Assembly: GCA_016235585.1 (NCBI GenBank)
Contig: JACRJY010000098.1
Coordinates: forward strand, 8,810 to 72,809
Direction of reading: 5' to 3'
Origin: Verrucomicrobiota bacterium
Lineage (GTDB): Bacteria; Verrucomicrobiota; Verrucomicrobiia; Limisphaerales; JACRJY01
DNA length: 64,000 nt
Position numbers and translations under genes: made by a program. This document shows positions 9,001 to 17,731 of this stretch, piece after piece (position 1 is the stretch's first letter; each line of letters starts with the position of its first letter). The notes under the pieces were generated by a model, which searched no databases, had not been told where the DNA came from, and saw only the letters and a program-made list of their open reading frames with translations.

Positions 9001-10264
9001 GGCCGAAGCCAGTGCCCGCGCCGAAGCCGCCAAGAAGGCCGAGGCCGAAGCCAGGAAACAGGCCGAAATCCGCCAGAAAGCCGAAGCCGAGGCCCGCGCC
9101 AAGGCCGAGGTTGAGGCGAAAAAGCAGGCCGAACTTCAAAAGAAGGCCGCAATCGAAGCCAAGGCCAAGGCCGAGCTCGACGCCCGGAAAAAAGCCGAGG
9201 CGGAAGTCAGCGCCCGCAGTGACGCCGCCCGGAAAGCCGGGGCCGAAGCCAGCCGGCTCGCCGACGCGCAGAAGAAAGCCGAAGCCGAAGCCAGGGCCCG
9301 CGGAGACGCCGCCAAAAAGGCCGAGGCCGAGGCCCGCAAACAAACGGATCCCAAGAAGCGGGCCGAATCAGTGGCCCGGGTTCAGGCCGCGCTGGACGCG
9401 AAGAACAAGGCCGAAGCCGAGGCCAAAGCCGCCGCCGCCGCCGCCAAAAAGGCCGAGGGCGAAGCCCGGCAGCTCGCCGACCTTCAGAAGAAAGCCGAGG
9501 CCGAGGCCAAGGTTCGCGCCGCCGCCGCCCAAAAAGCCGAGGCCGAAGCCCGGAGGCAGGAAGAGGGCAAACGGGCGGCGGAAGCGGAAGCCAAAAAAAT
9601 GGCGGAGAAACAGCAGAAGGCCGCGGCGGAAGCCCGCGCCGAAGCCGCCAAGAAGGCGGAAGCCGAAACCATGAAGCGCGAGGCGGCCAGGCGGAACGCG
9701 GAAGCCGAAGCCAAAAAGCTGGCGGAGAAACAAGCGAGGATCGCCGCCGAGGCCCGTGCCAAGGCGGAAGCCGACGCGAAGAAAAAAGCCGAGGCGGAAG
9801 CCAAGGCCCGCGCCGAAGCCGCCCGCAAGAGCGCGCCCGCCGTGGATGCCACCCGCGCCAAGGCCCAGGCCGAAGCCGCCAAGAAGGCGGAAGCCGAGGC
9901 CAAGAAGCGCGACGAGCTTCAGAAGAAAGCCGAGGCCGACGCCAGGCGCATGGCGGACGAGAAGCGCGCCGCCGAGGAAAAGGCCCGGGAGAAGGCCCGC
10001 CGCGACGCCGAGAAGAAGGCCAAGGCCGAGGAGGCCCGCGCCAAGGAAATGCAGAAGAAGGCCGGTGCCACCACGGCGAAGCCCGCCCCCGTGAAGCCGG
10101 CGGTTTCTGCTCCGGCCCCCAAGAGCACGTCCAAGCCGGCGGCCCCCGCCGTGGCGAAGAGCAAGCAGCAGCGGCTGGAGGATCTGCTCAACCTCTACAA
10201 GGCCGACAAGATTTCGGCGAAGGAATACCACGCGCAGCGCGCCAAGATTCTGGCCGAGCCTTGA
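6017..10264 (+). CDS. giant secreted Ala/Lys/Glu-rich low-complexity (TolA-central-domain-like) protein with SHOCT-like C-terminus
   Basis: 1415-aa ORF. Signal peptide MKISKSLLAIICLSLLCCWSPIALRGARA. More than 1000 aa of KAEAEAKKKAEA-type repeats are interrupted by Pro/Thr/Ser linkers. The last 35 aa (QQRLEDLLNLYKADKISAKEYHAQRAKILAE) match the SHOCT pattern. All other frames across it are open only because of the low complexity. Confidence 0.7.
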   Translation: MKISKSLLAIICLSLLCCWSPIALRGARAATTEDKAAKAAAKQAKAEEEARKKALAKAKEEAEARAKAEAKLKEELRKKAEAEAKKIADAKKAAAAKAAAEAAKKAKAEADAAKNSGAKAKEEAAKKAKAEADAKRAAELKAKAEADAKKKAEAEAKKKAEAKAKADAEAKKKAEAKAKEEAAKKAKASTPTKTTATTQKSSGSKQTSTKSAASAPARSSGQPGAVLDEEAAAKARALARTREEALIAAEADAKAELLARVRGAGSVRSRADAPRPADTKAPAKTTSTKSTSQPSKSTTTKPTTSGTPSKSSMDAKAKADADAKKKAEVKAKEDAAKKAKLEAEAKRKAEADAKKKAEAKAKADAEALKKAEAKAKMDAEVQKRMAAKAAAQPSTTPPSAPAKPAAPYTPPPTFTPSVPPTAGKSAAVLSAEEKGRAAAAAKVEQANREARAMQEYKSTKAAEDARKQAESKAKVDEYKKAIAERDARLAAERAAYQQALDEARAARDPKFKAELEAKNARAAAQKAKAEEAARKKMAEEIQRQAQKEAAERLKAEAKAREAATAQMKAEEAARKKAADEAAKKARADAKASATKAPVVKAPAAKAPSKPSATTTLPPSKPATPKSVAMTVEQRKAEEAARQEAAKRAKAEAKAREAAAAQMKAEEAARKKAAEAAAKKAKADAAMTPSQKAKAQEAARKQAEDEARKAAEAREKAAKAEAKAREEAAKKVMAQQKAAAAAPSAEAKAREKARLEAEKRAKAEEADRAKAAEAAIIKAKADEAARSKARMVALEEDTRRRRVEADFHKSTDTQMRSATEQTLTRNRVDDDEAAMQRKADEINRLFLRKESEAAARAAAEPTFITPRSRDRETMDARSQLELGKAAAKARADADRQSKAEMDARKAAELARARAEAKVREDATQSESRMRAEAARKAKAEIDARKAAEEKARAMARQQEEQRKDAAAEAKKKADQMKKAEMEAKAKAETDAKKRAEAEASARAEAAKKAEAEARKQAEIRQKAEAEARAKAEVEAKKQAELQKKAAIEAKAKAELDARKKAEAEVSARSDAARKAGAEASRLADAQKKAEAEARARGDAAKKAEAEARKQTDPKKRAESVARVQAALDAKNKAEAEAKAAAAAAKKAEGEARQLADLQKKAEAEAKVRAAAAQKAEAEARRQEEGKRAAEAEAKKMAEKQQKAAAEARAEAAKKAEAETMKREAARRNAEAEAKKLAEKQARIAAEARAKAEADAKKKAEAEAKARAEAARKSAPAVDATRAKAQAEAAKKAEAEAKKRDELQKKAEADARRMADEKRAAEEKAREKARRDAEKKAKAEEARAKEMQKKAGATTAKPAPVKPAVSAPAPKSTSKPAAPAVAKSKQQRLEDLLNLYKADKISAKEYHAQRAKILAEP

Positions 10265-10286
10265 GGCATTCCTCCAATTCGATCAC

Positions 10287-10322
10287 ATGAAGCGCAGGCC
10301 GGTGCCTGCGCTTCATTTTTTT
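10287..10322. terminator. bidirectional intrinsic terminator between convergent genes
   Basis: Perfect 13-bp stem ATGAAGCGCAGGC/GCCTGCGCTTCAT with a 4-nt loop, followed by T7 on the plus strand. The stem overlaps the stop codon of the minus-strand ubiE-like gene. Confidence 0.65.
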
Positions 10323-11056
10323 GGCAGAGCGGTTTTCACCCCGCACTGGATGCTCATCACGCCGCCGAGCAGGCTGACGACATGCGTCTCGGCGCAACCC
10401 GCCGCGCCCAGCGCCGCCGCGATTTCGCGCGGGGCGGGATACGATTGCAGCGATTCCAAAATGTAGGCGTGTGTCGCGCGGTCGCCGCAAAAAAGTTTCC
10501 CGAACACCGGAACCACGCCGCGGAGATAGGCGAAGTAGCACGCCCGCCACGCGCGGTTGTCGGGCTTGCCGAAATCCAGCACGAGCAGCCGCCCACCGGG
10601 TTTGGCCACGCGCACCATCTCGCGCAGGCCGGCCTCCACGCTGGCGAGGTTCCGCAGCCCGTAGCTGATGGTGACGATGTCGAAGGAGTTCTCCGCAAAC
10701 GGCAGGTTCAATGCGTCGCCTTGGATGAAACGCACCCGCTCCGGTTCACTTTTTCCCTTTTCCTTTTTCCGTTTGCCTTCCGCGACGGCGAGCATCGGCG
10801 CGCTGAAGTCCACACCCGTCGTGTCCGCGCCGGCGCGGGCCAGCGCGAAGGCCACGTCGCCGGTGCCGCAGCACAGGTCGAGCGCGCGCAGGCCGGGCGC
10901 GGGGCGGGCGAGTTGCAGCAGCCGGCGCTTCCACCAGCGGTGCAGGCCGAAGCTCTGGAGGTCGTTGATGAGGTCGTAGCGCGGCGCGATGGCGGCGAAG
11001 AGATCGCCCACCCGTTCGGCGCGCTGCGCGCCCGGCGCGTAAAATTTGTTGGGCAT
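10313..11056 (-). CDS. ubiE: demethylmenaquinone / ubiquinone biosynthesis C-methyltransferase (UbiE/MenG family)
   Basis: Met at 11056. N-terminal VGDLFAAIAPRYDLINDLQSFGLHRWWKR, SAM motif LDLCCGTGD, ISYGLRN and PGGRLLVLDF are collinear with UbiE/MenG. Confidence 0.85.
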   Translation of the reverse strand: MPNKFYAPGAQRAERVGDLFAAIAPRYDLINDLQSFGLHRWWKRRLLQLARPAPGLRALDLCCGTGDVAFALARAGADTTGVDFSAPMLAVAEGKRKKEKGKSEPERVRFIQGDALNLPFAENSFDIVTISYGLRNLASVEAGLREMVRVAKPGGRLLVLDFGKPDNRAWRACYFAYLRGVVPVFGKLFCGDRATHAYILESLQSYPAPREIAAALGAAGCAETHVVSLLGGVMSIQCGVKTALPKK

Positions 11057-11117
11057 GGGCGGGGTGAAGTTCCGGCAAATCAGCGCGGGTGAAAATAATC
11101 GCAGTGCACCGGCGGCC

Positions 11118-11444
11118 TCACGGGGCGGGCGGCGGGCGGTTCGTCGCGGCCTCCTGAAAACGGATGACCGTCTCGCCGGGCCGGGCGTAGCCGAGGCGCT
11201 CGCGCGCGAGGCGCTCGACGGTCTTCGGATCATTGCGGAGCGCGTCCACGGCGGTCTTCAACTGCCGCGACCTGGCCTCCTCAAGCGAAACCTGCTCCTT
11301 GAGCCGGAGAATTTCCTCGCGCATCCGCTGGTTCTGCCGGAGCAGCGGGGCATACGCGCCGGCCACGGCGACGAGGATGGACGCGATGAGCAGAAACGCG
11401 ATGACCTTGGTGAGCTTGTCCCAGATGCCGAGGTCCACTTTCAT
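11118..11444 (-). CDS. ftsB: septum formation initiator family protein (FtsB/DivIC)
   Basis: Met at 11444. One N-terminal TM helix, then a coiled coil and the conserved tail DPKTVERLARERLGYARPGE. Confidence 0.7.
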   Translation of the reverse strand: MKVDLGIWDKLTKVIAFLLIASILVAVAGAYAPLLRQNQRMREEILRLKEQVSLEEARSRQLKTAVDALRNDPKTVERLARERLGYARPGETVIRFQEAATNRPPPAP

Positions 11445-11551
11445 GGCGCAAATAAAACCACAAGCCCCCGTGAACGGAAGCAAGAAAGCGCCCGCCCGAT
11501 TTTTTGCCGCCCGCGCGGCGCGGTTGTGGTAAAATCACCCGCGTGAACTGG

Positions 11552-12871
11552 ATGACTCGAACCGCGCTGGCGGCCGCCCTGTTTGCCGTGGTCAGCGCGG
11601 CCCCGGCGGCGGCCTCCTACAGCGCCACGCGCCTGGCGAACGGGAAGTTTGATCTGGAATTTAGCGGCCTCGGCGCGGCGCAATACGTCATCCAGGCCAC
11701 GACCAACTTCACCGCGTGGACGGATCTCGGCTTCATCCAGCCGACGAACGGCGCGCTGCGGTTCGTGGACAATGGCGCGACCAACCTGCCGCTGCGCTTC
11801 TACCGCGTCGTGAGCAACCTCGACTTGCTGACGCTCTCCGGCACGGTGCGCGACTTTTATACGTCCGCGCCGGTGACGAACGCCGCCGTCAGCACCACGC
11901 TGGATCCGCGCACGGCCGTCTCGGACGGCAACGGGCTGTTCTCCATCGTCACCACCATTCCGGCGACGAACAGCAGTTTCACCTACACCATCAACGTCTC
12001 GGCCGGCGGCTACAACTCCGCGAGCCTCTCCGGCCCGTGGCCCGTTCACCTGCAAAACCTCGACGTGCGCCTCGTGCCGCCGCCGAACAACGACCATTTC
12101 GCCAACCGCATCCCGCTCACCGGCACGGCGACGAACACGAGCGCGTCGAGCCTGGGCGCGAGCAAGGAAGCCAACGAGCCGGATCATGCGGGCAACACGG
12201 GTGGCAAATCCGTCTGGTGGAGATGGACGGCACCCGCAGCCGGCGAGGTCACGATTGACACCGTGGGCAGCGACTTCGACACGGTGCTGGCGGTCTATCA
12301 AGGCACCGCCCTTTCCAACTTGAGCACGAACGAGGTGGCCAGCAGCGACGACACCCTGACGAACAACGCGAGCGCAGTCACCTTCACCACCGTCGCCGGG
12401 CACGTGTATCAGATTGCCGTGGATGGCCTCTTCGGCGCGGCGGGCACGGTGCAGTTGAACCTGATCTTCCACGGGCCGCCCGCGAACGATAAGTTCATCA
12501 ACCGCATCCTGCTCACGGGGACGAATGTTTCCGTGACGGGGGAAAATTTCGTCGCCACCAAGGACACGGGCGAGCCGGCCCATTGGGGGGCTGAATCGGG
12601 CGGCAAATCCGTCTGGTGGTCGTGGACAGCACCCGCCTCCGGGCCGGTGACGATCAGCACGGTGGGCAGCGATTTTGACACGGTGCTCGCGGTCTACACT
12701 GGCACGGCGGTGGGCAGCCTCACGCTGAAGGCCAACGATGACAGCACGGGCGACGGAGGCACGGGAGAAGTCACCTTCAACGCAGAGGAGAGCAGGACAT
12801 ACCAGATCGCCGTGGACGGTTTCAGCGCCACGGACGCCGGGAACATCGTGCTGACGATCACCCAGCCGTGA
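11552..12871 (+). CDS. secreted repeat protein (N-terminal RFYR beta-sandwich module, carboxypeptidase-regulatory-like domain, two tandem ~125-aa repeats)
   Basis: The Met at 11552 gives the signal MTRTALAAALFAVVSAAPAAA. Two copies of ND-x-F-x-NRI-x-LTG ... EP-x-H ... GGKSVWW-x-WTAP ... GSDFDTVLAVY-x-GT ... YQIAVDG. Confidence 0.65.
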   Translation: MTRTALAAALFAVVSAAPAAASYSATRLANGKFDLEFSGLGAAQYVIQATTNFTAWTDLGFIQPTNGALRFVDNGATNLPLRFYRVVSNLDLLTLSGTVRDFYTSAPVTNAAVSTTLDPRTAVSDGNGLFSIVTTIPATNSSFTYTINVSAGGYNSASLSGPWPVHLQNLDVRLVPPPNNDHFANRIPLTGTATNTSASSLGASKEANEPDHAGNTGGKSVWWRWTAPAAGEVTIDTVGSDFDTVLAVYQGTALSNLSTNEVASSDDTLTNNASAVTFTTVAGHVYQIAVDGLFGAAGTVQLNLIFHGPPANDKFINRILLTGTNVSVTGENFVATKDTGEPAHWGAESGGKSVWWSWTAPASGPVTISTVGSDFDTVLAVYTGTAVGSLTLKANDDSTGDGGTGEVTFNAEESRTYQIAVDGFSATDAGNIVLTITQP

Positions 12872-12911
12872 CAAGGCGGTGCGGTCTCGCTTTTCCCAGC
12901 CACCGCAAGCA

Positions 12912-13205
12912 TTACTCCATGGCCGGTTCCCTCCACGCGTGGCCGCAAGATTTGCAGCGCCACTGCCTGGTTGAAAGCGCGGCCATGTTGTTCATGAAGC
13001 GAATGACCAACGCCACGGCGCAGACGGCAACCAGGACGGCACCCGCCGCCATGATCAACAGGACTCCCTTGATGCTGTTCAGTGCCAGCCCCGCCAGCAC
13101 GGCAATGGCCGTCAGCCAGAAAAACATCGTCGCAATGCGGTCGGTCATCCGAACCTGCTGAATTTTCATCCCGCCACATTTGGGGCAGGACGAGTGCCCC
13201 GGCAT
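12912..13205 (-). CDS. small membrane protein with a split zinc ribbon (CxxC - 2 TM helices - CxxC, LITAF-like topology)
   Basis: CPKCG and CKSCG knuckles flank about 55 hydrophobic residues. Start is either 13226 or 13205. The gene sits between a secreted-protein gene and dapL. Confidence 0.45.
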   Translation of the reverse strand: MPGHSSCPKCGGMKIQQVRMTDRIATMFFWLTAIAVLAGLALNSIKGVLLIMAAGAVLVAVCAVALVIRFMNNMAALSTRQWRCKSCGHAWREPAME

Positions 13206-13239
13206 TTGTGGCTGACTGGCACGCATGCTTTTTGCCGCG

Positions 13240-14478
13240 TCACCACTTCAACTCCTGCAGCCGCCGCGCTACTTCCTCCGCGTTGGCGCGGCTGTTGAAG
13301 GCGCTGATGCGGAAGTAGCCCTCGCCCTTCGCGCCGAAGCCGCTGCCCGGCGTGATGACCACGCTGGCGTCGCCGAGAATTTTGTCGAACGCCTGCCAGC
13401 TCGTGACGCCCTTCGGCGTCCGCACCCAGAGGTAGGGCGCGTTCTGCCCGCCGAAAACTTTCAAGCCCGCCTTCTTCGCGCCCGCGCGCAGCACGATGGC
13501 GTTGCCCATGTAATGGTCAATGAGCGCGCGCACCTGCTGCTTTCCTTCCGGCGAGTAGAGCGCCTCGGCGGCGCGCTGCACGATGTAGGAGACGCCGTTG
13601 AACTTGGTGCACATCCGGCGGTTCCAGAGCGGATGGAGCGGCTTCATCTCGCCGGTCTTCGTCGCCGCGAGCAGCGTCTTGGGCACGACGGTGAAGCCGC
13701 AGCGCACGCCGGTGAAGCCGCCGTGCTTGGAATAGCTGCGGAACTCGATGGCACATTCACGCGCGCCGGAAATCTCGTAAATGGAATGCGGCAGCGCCGG
13801 GTCGCTGATGTAGGCCTCGTAGGCCGCGTCGAAGAGAATCACGGACTTGTGTTCCAGCGCGTATTTCACCCAAGCCTCAAGCTGTGGGCGGTTGGCCGCC
13901 GCGCCGGTCGGGTTGTTCGGTGAACAGAGATAAATCACGTCCACGTGCTTCTTCGGCGGTTCGGGGATGAAGCCGCTGCTCGGTTTGCACGGCAGATAAA
14001 CCAGTTTGCCGTAGGCGCCCGCTTCGTTCGCCGGGCCGGTGTGGCCGGCCATCACGTTCGTGTCCACATAGACGGGATACACCGGGTCGCTGATGGCGAT
14101 TTTGTTTTTCGCGCCGAGGATGTCGAGGATGCTGCCGGTGTCGCACTTGGTGCCGTCGCTGACGAAAATTTCATCGTCGGCCACGTCGAGGCCGCGGCCG
14201 CGGAATTCATTTTGCGCGATGGCGGCGCGCAGCCACTCGTAGCCCTGCTCCGGGCCGTAGCCGTGAAAAGTTTCGCGCGCACCCATGTCATCCACGGCCT
14301 TGTGCAGTGCGGCGATGACGGCGGGCGGCAGCGGCTCGGTCACGTCGCCGATGCCGCAGCGGATGAGGCGCTGGGCCGCGTCGGGGTTGGCTTCGCAAAA
14401 GGCCTTCACGCGCCGGCCGATTTCAGGGAAGAGGTAGCCGGCTTTGAGTTTGAGGTAATTGTCGTTGAGCAGGGCCAT
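13240..14478 (-). CDS. dapL: LL-diaminopimelate aminotransferase
   Basis: Met at 14478. N-terminus [24 protein letters not shown], and the PLP-lysine motif [14 protein letters not shown]. About 412 aa, collinear with DapL. Confidence 0.9.
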   Translation of the reverse strand: MALLNDNYLKLKAGYLFPEIGRRVKAFCEANPDAAQRLIRCGIGDVTEPLPPAVIAALHKAVDDMGARETFHGYGPEQGYEWLRAAIAQNEFRGRGLDVADDEIFVSDGTKCDTGSILDILGAKNKIAISDPVYPVYVDTNVMAGHTGPANEAGAYGKLVYLPCKPSSGFIPEPPKKHVDVIYLCSPNNPTGAAANRPQLEAWVKYALEHKSVILFDAAYEAYISDPALPHSIYEISGARECAIEFRSYSKHGGFTGVRCGFTVVPKTLLAATKTGEMKPLHPLWNRRMCTKFNGVSYIVQRAAEALYSPEGKQQVRALIDHYMGNAIVLRAGAKKAGLKVFGGQNAPYLWVRTPKGVTSWQAFDKILGDASVVITPGSGFGAKGEGYFRISAFNSRANAEEVARRLQELKW

Positions 14479-14611
14479 AATTTCAGAGTTCAGCTTGCAA
14501 AGCGCGGACGGTAGCGCAGCCGGTTTGGCGATGCAATAGCCCGCAAGCTGGCGCCATGTCCGCTGCGGAATGGCTGGTTTTGAGAAAATGGCAGGCTTAT
14601 GCTCCGGCGTC

Positions 14612-15472
14612 ATGGTTCACCTCGGCAAGCGCAACATACTCCCCATCGTGAGGGCTTCCGCCCCCGGTCTTTATCTCGACGGCGGCGAGCTGGGCGAAAT
14701 CCTTCTGCCCGGACGCTATATCCCGCCGGACATCGCGCCCAAGGACAAGCTGGACGTGTTCGTCTATCGCGACTCCGAGGATCGGCTCGTGGCCACCACC
14801 GAGACGCCGCACGCGATGGTCGGCGAGTTTGCGTATTTGAAGGTGGTCAGCATAAACCGCCAGATCGGGGCGTTCCTCGACTGGGGGCTTGCCAAGGATC
14901 TGCTGCTGCCGTTTCGCGAGCAGAACATTCCGGTCCGCGTCGGGCAGCGCGTGATTGTGGGCGTGTTCCTCGATCCACAAACGAACCGCATCGTGGCCTC
15001 CACGCGGCTGAACCGGCACTTGAGCCGGGAAGCGCCGGCCTACTGGGAAGGGCAGCCGGTCAATTTCCTCATCACGAGCCGGACGCCGTTGGGCTACAAC
15101 GCCGTCGTGGAAAACGCCCATCGCGGCCTGCTCTACCACAACAACCTCGCCGCCCCGCTCGAAATCGGCCAGAAGCTCAAGGGTTTCGTCCGCACCGTCC
15201 GGGCCGACGGGAAGATTGACTTGAGCCTCGACGCCGCCGGCTACCGGCGCGTGGCTCTGCTGACGGATTTGATCGCCCAGGCGCTGGCGCGCAACGGCGG
15301 ACGCCTGGACTTTGACGATGACAGTTCGCCCGGGGCGATTCGCGAAACCTTTGGGGTGAGCAAGAAGGCTTTCAAGCAGGCGCTCGGCAAGCTCTACAAA
15401 CAACGGCGCATCCGTTTCCTCAATCCGGGAATTCAACTGCTGGAAAACTCCTCCTGGCGGCCCGGGGGCTGA
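14612..15472 (+). CDS. S1 RNA-binding domain protein (CvfB/YitL family)
   Basis: The Met at 14612 gives [13 protein letters not shown]...[15 protein letters not shown]. Repeated S1-like modules and a C-terminal winged-helix-like [17 protein letters not shown]. Starts at 14570 or 14588 are also possible. Confidence 0.72.
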   Translation: MVHLGKRNILPIVRASAPGLYLDGGELGEILLPGRYIPPDIAPKDKLDVFVYRDSEDRLVATTETPHAMVGEFAYLKVVSINRQIGAFLDWGLAKDLLLPFREQNIPVRVGQRVIVGVFLDPQTNRIVASTRLNRHLSREAPAYWEGQPVNFLITSRTPLGYNAVVENAHRGLLYHNNLAAPLEIGQKLKGFVRTVRADGKIDLSLDAAGYRRVALLTDLIAQALARNGGRLDFDDDSSPGAIRETFGVSKKAFKQALGKLYKQRRIRFLNPGIQLLENSSWRPGG

Positions 15473-15498
15473 TGACCGGGATCCGTCGCATCGCCTGG
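15462..15498 (+). repeat. 37-bp direct repeat, copy 1 (partner at 23667..23703)
   Basis: CCGGGGGCTGATGACCGGGATCCGTCGCATCGCCTGG differs from copy 2 at 3 positions; the 24-bp core is identical. It overlaps the stop codon of the S1-domain gene. Confidence 0.7.
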
Positions 15499-15584
15499 TT
15501 GTCCTGCGTGGCTTTCAACAAGTGGCGCGGCGGCCGGAGAGGCCGAAGCCGGCGGCGGTGGTGAGGCAGATGGAAGTCAGTTGA

Positions 15585-16664
15585 TTACATCACTTCGCGG
15601 AGCGTCACTTCGCGGCCGAGTTCCAGCGAGCGCTTCGCGGCTTCGAGGGCGGCGATGACCTCCACCTCCTCCTCGACGGGCACGCTTTCCTTGCCGGTGA
15701 TCACGAGGTCAAGGAACGCCTCCAGCAGGTAGGCGTAGAGGTTTTTCAAGTCAGGCGTGACGCTGCGCCAGCCTTTCTCGCCGTAGAGGTTGATCTGGTA
15801 GCCGGCGCGCATCTTCTCCCTGTCGGCAACCATGAGCACGACATCGCGATCCCTGCCGAAACGAATCCGCGCGACGTTGCTGCCGGGCTGGCCGACGTTG
15901 ATCGCACTCACGGCTCCTTTGCCGAGCACGGCATAGATCATCGAGAGCGCATGGATGCCGTAATAGACGAGTTCATTGCCGCACACGGCGGTCGCGAGAT
16001 GCACGGCACCGAGCTGCGGCAGTTCGCTGCGCAGCTTGATGATGTCGGGCACGAAGCGCAGGCTGCTGGCGGACATGAAGCGCGTCTTGGTTTCGCGCAC
16101 GAGCTTGGCCACGGCGGCGGCCTCGCGCGCGGTCATCGCGAGCGGCTTGTCGCAGAACGTCGGCACGCCCTTGCGCAGGGGATGCAGCGCGTATTTCCAC
16201 TGCGCGCCGCTGCCGTCGTCAATGATGAGCACGGCGTCCACGCCCTCGCTGCACTGCTCGGGCGTGTCGGTCACGGTCTCGATGCCGCAGGCGTCGGCCA
16301 GCGCACGGGCGGCGGCCTTGTCGGGATCCCAAAGTTTCACCACGCGCGCGCCTTCGAGCTTGCGGCCTGACTTGACAAAGGTGCCCTTGAACAGTTTGGC
16401 CTTCGCCTCATCCCAGCCGTTGAAAGTGGTGGCAAACGCGGTGCCGTGATTCGAGCCGGGCGTGCGCGGCTGTCCGGCAAGCCCGTAGGTGGCGGCGGAA
16501 ATGAGCGCGAGCTTGAGCGGTGCTCGTGCAGCCTGACCGCGCCCGATGGCCGGGAGTCCGGCAACGGAGGCGGCGGCGAGGGCGCCGGCGGAGCGAATGA
16601 CAAAGGCGCGGCGGTCAATCTGTGGACGGGGCTGGTTGTTCATGGTGAGTTGGTTTGAATCCAC
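15585..16664 (-). CDS. Tat-exported Gfo/Idh/MocA-like oxidoreductase family protein
   Basis: Twin-arginine signal QIDRRAFVIRSAGALAAASVAG. The central and C-terminal regions are Gfo/Idh/MocA-like (CDKPLAMT), but no classical GxGxxG is obvious. Confidence 0.6.
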   Translation of the reverse strand: MDSNQLTMNNQPRPQIDRRAFVIRSAGALAAASVAGLPAIGRGQAARAPLKLALISAATYGLAGQPRTPGSNHGTAFATTFNGWDEAKAKLFKGTFVKSGRKLEGARVVKLWDPDKAAARALADACGIETVTDTPEQCSEGVDAVLIIDDGSGAQWKYALHPLRKGVPTFCDKPLAMTAREAAAVAKLVRETKTRFMSASSLRFVPDIIKLRSELPQLGAVHLATAVCGNELVYYGIHALSMIYAVLGKGAVSAINVGQPGSNVARIRFGRDRDVVLMVADREKMRAGYQINLYGEKGWRSVTPDLKNLYAYLLEAFLDLVITGKESVPVEEEVEVIAALEAAKRSLELGREVTLREVM

Positions 16665-16708
16665 TGAATCTTGATGTAAGTCACAATCATGATTTTGTCT
16701 CCCTCATT

Positions 16709-17707
16709 TCACATCTTCACCACCAAGCCGCTTGCCGCCGACTGCTCGGCGGCGAGACACGCGCGCACGGCTTCGCGGGATTCTTCAGCCGTGATGACGG
16801 TGGGTTTCCCGCCTGTGGCGACGCAGTTCGCAAAGTAGGCGAGTTCGTCGCGCAACGCGCCGCGCAATTGGCCGTGGATCATCGGCCAGTAGGTCGTGTC
16901 CGGGCAGCGCGCGCCGGACTTGTCCACGATCATGAGGTTCGGGTGCGTGTCGTGGATGGAGATCGAACCTTCGGTGCCGACAACTTCGAGGCGCTCATCA
17001 ATCTGGAAGGGCGTGGTGTCCGGCAGGCACCACACGGACTCCAAAATGCACGATGCGCCGCTCTCCAGCCGATACATCACCTGGCCGAGGTCGGGATTCG
17101 CGTGGGCGCGGAACTTCACCGTCTGCGCGTAGGCCGACACCGCGCGCGAACCGCTGAACCAGAACATCAGATCCGTGTCATGCACGCAGTCGCCGATGAT
17201 GGGGCCGATCTTGTCGAGCACCGTGGCACCGACCCACGCGGGCAGGTTGCGGCGTGCATACATGGAAATGATCTTGCCAATCTTGCCCGCCGCGATCTCC
17301 TGCTTCGCGGCGGCATAGCGGGGATTGAAGCGGCAGATGTGCCCGACCATGAAGAAACCCCTGGCCGCGTTGGCCGCGTTCACGATGGCGTCGCAGTCGG
17401 CGAGGGTCGAGGCCATCGGCTTTTCGAGGAAGACGTGCTTGCCGGCTTGCAGCGCGGCGATGGCGGGCGCGGCGTGCTGATCCCACATCGTCGTGATGCT
17501 CACCGACTCCAGATCGGGATCGGCAAGCATCACATGATAGTCGGTGAAGGTCTTCTTCGCGCCGAACTTCTGCGCCACTTCGGCCAGCCGCCCGGAGTTG
17601 CGCGTGCAGACCGCGTGAAGCTCCACGTTGGGAATCGCCGCGAGCGCCTCGCAATGTTTCTCACCGAACCAGCCGAGACCGAGGACAGCGTGTTTAACTT
17701 TTTTCAT
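16709..17707 (-). CDS. Gfo/Idh/MocA family NAD(P)-dependent oxidoreductase
   Basis: VLGLGWFGEKH Rossmann motif, the EKP motif (VFLEKPMA), and a typical 332-aa length. Confidence 0.85.
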   Translation of the reverse strand: MKKVKHAVLGLGWFGEKHCEALAAIPNVELHAVCTRNSGRLAEVAQKFGAKKTFTDYHVMLADPDLESVSITTMWDQHAAPAIAALQAGKHVFLEKPMASTLADCDAIVNAANAARGFFMVGHICRFNPRYAAAKQEIAAGKIGKIISMYARRNLPAWVGATVLDKIGPIIGDCVHDTDLMFWFSGSRAVSAYAQTVKFRAHANPDLGQVMYRLESGASCILESVWCLPDTTPFQIDERLEVVGTEGSISIHDTHPNLMIVDKSGARCPDTTYWPMIHGQLRGALRDELAYFANCVATGGKPTVITAEESREAVRACLAAEQSAASGLVVKM

Positions 17708-17731
17708 AGGGGTGGTTTCTTGAAGTGCTGT

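Noticed and set aside
6001-10231. Numerous long ORFs in other frames and on the other strand across the Ala/Lys/Glu-rich gene (for example 6001..7224, 7847..9343, 9368..10231)
   Set aside because: GCC/AAG/GAG-type repeats leave all frames open. Only the 6017..10264 frame has a signal peptide, a coherent repeat logic and a structured C-terminus.
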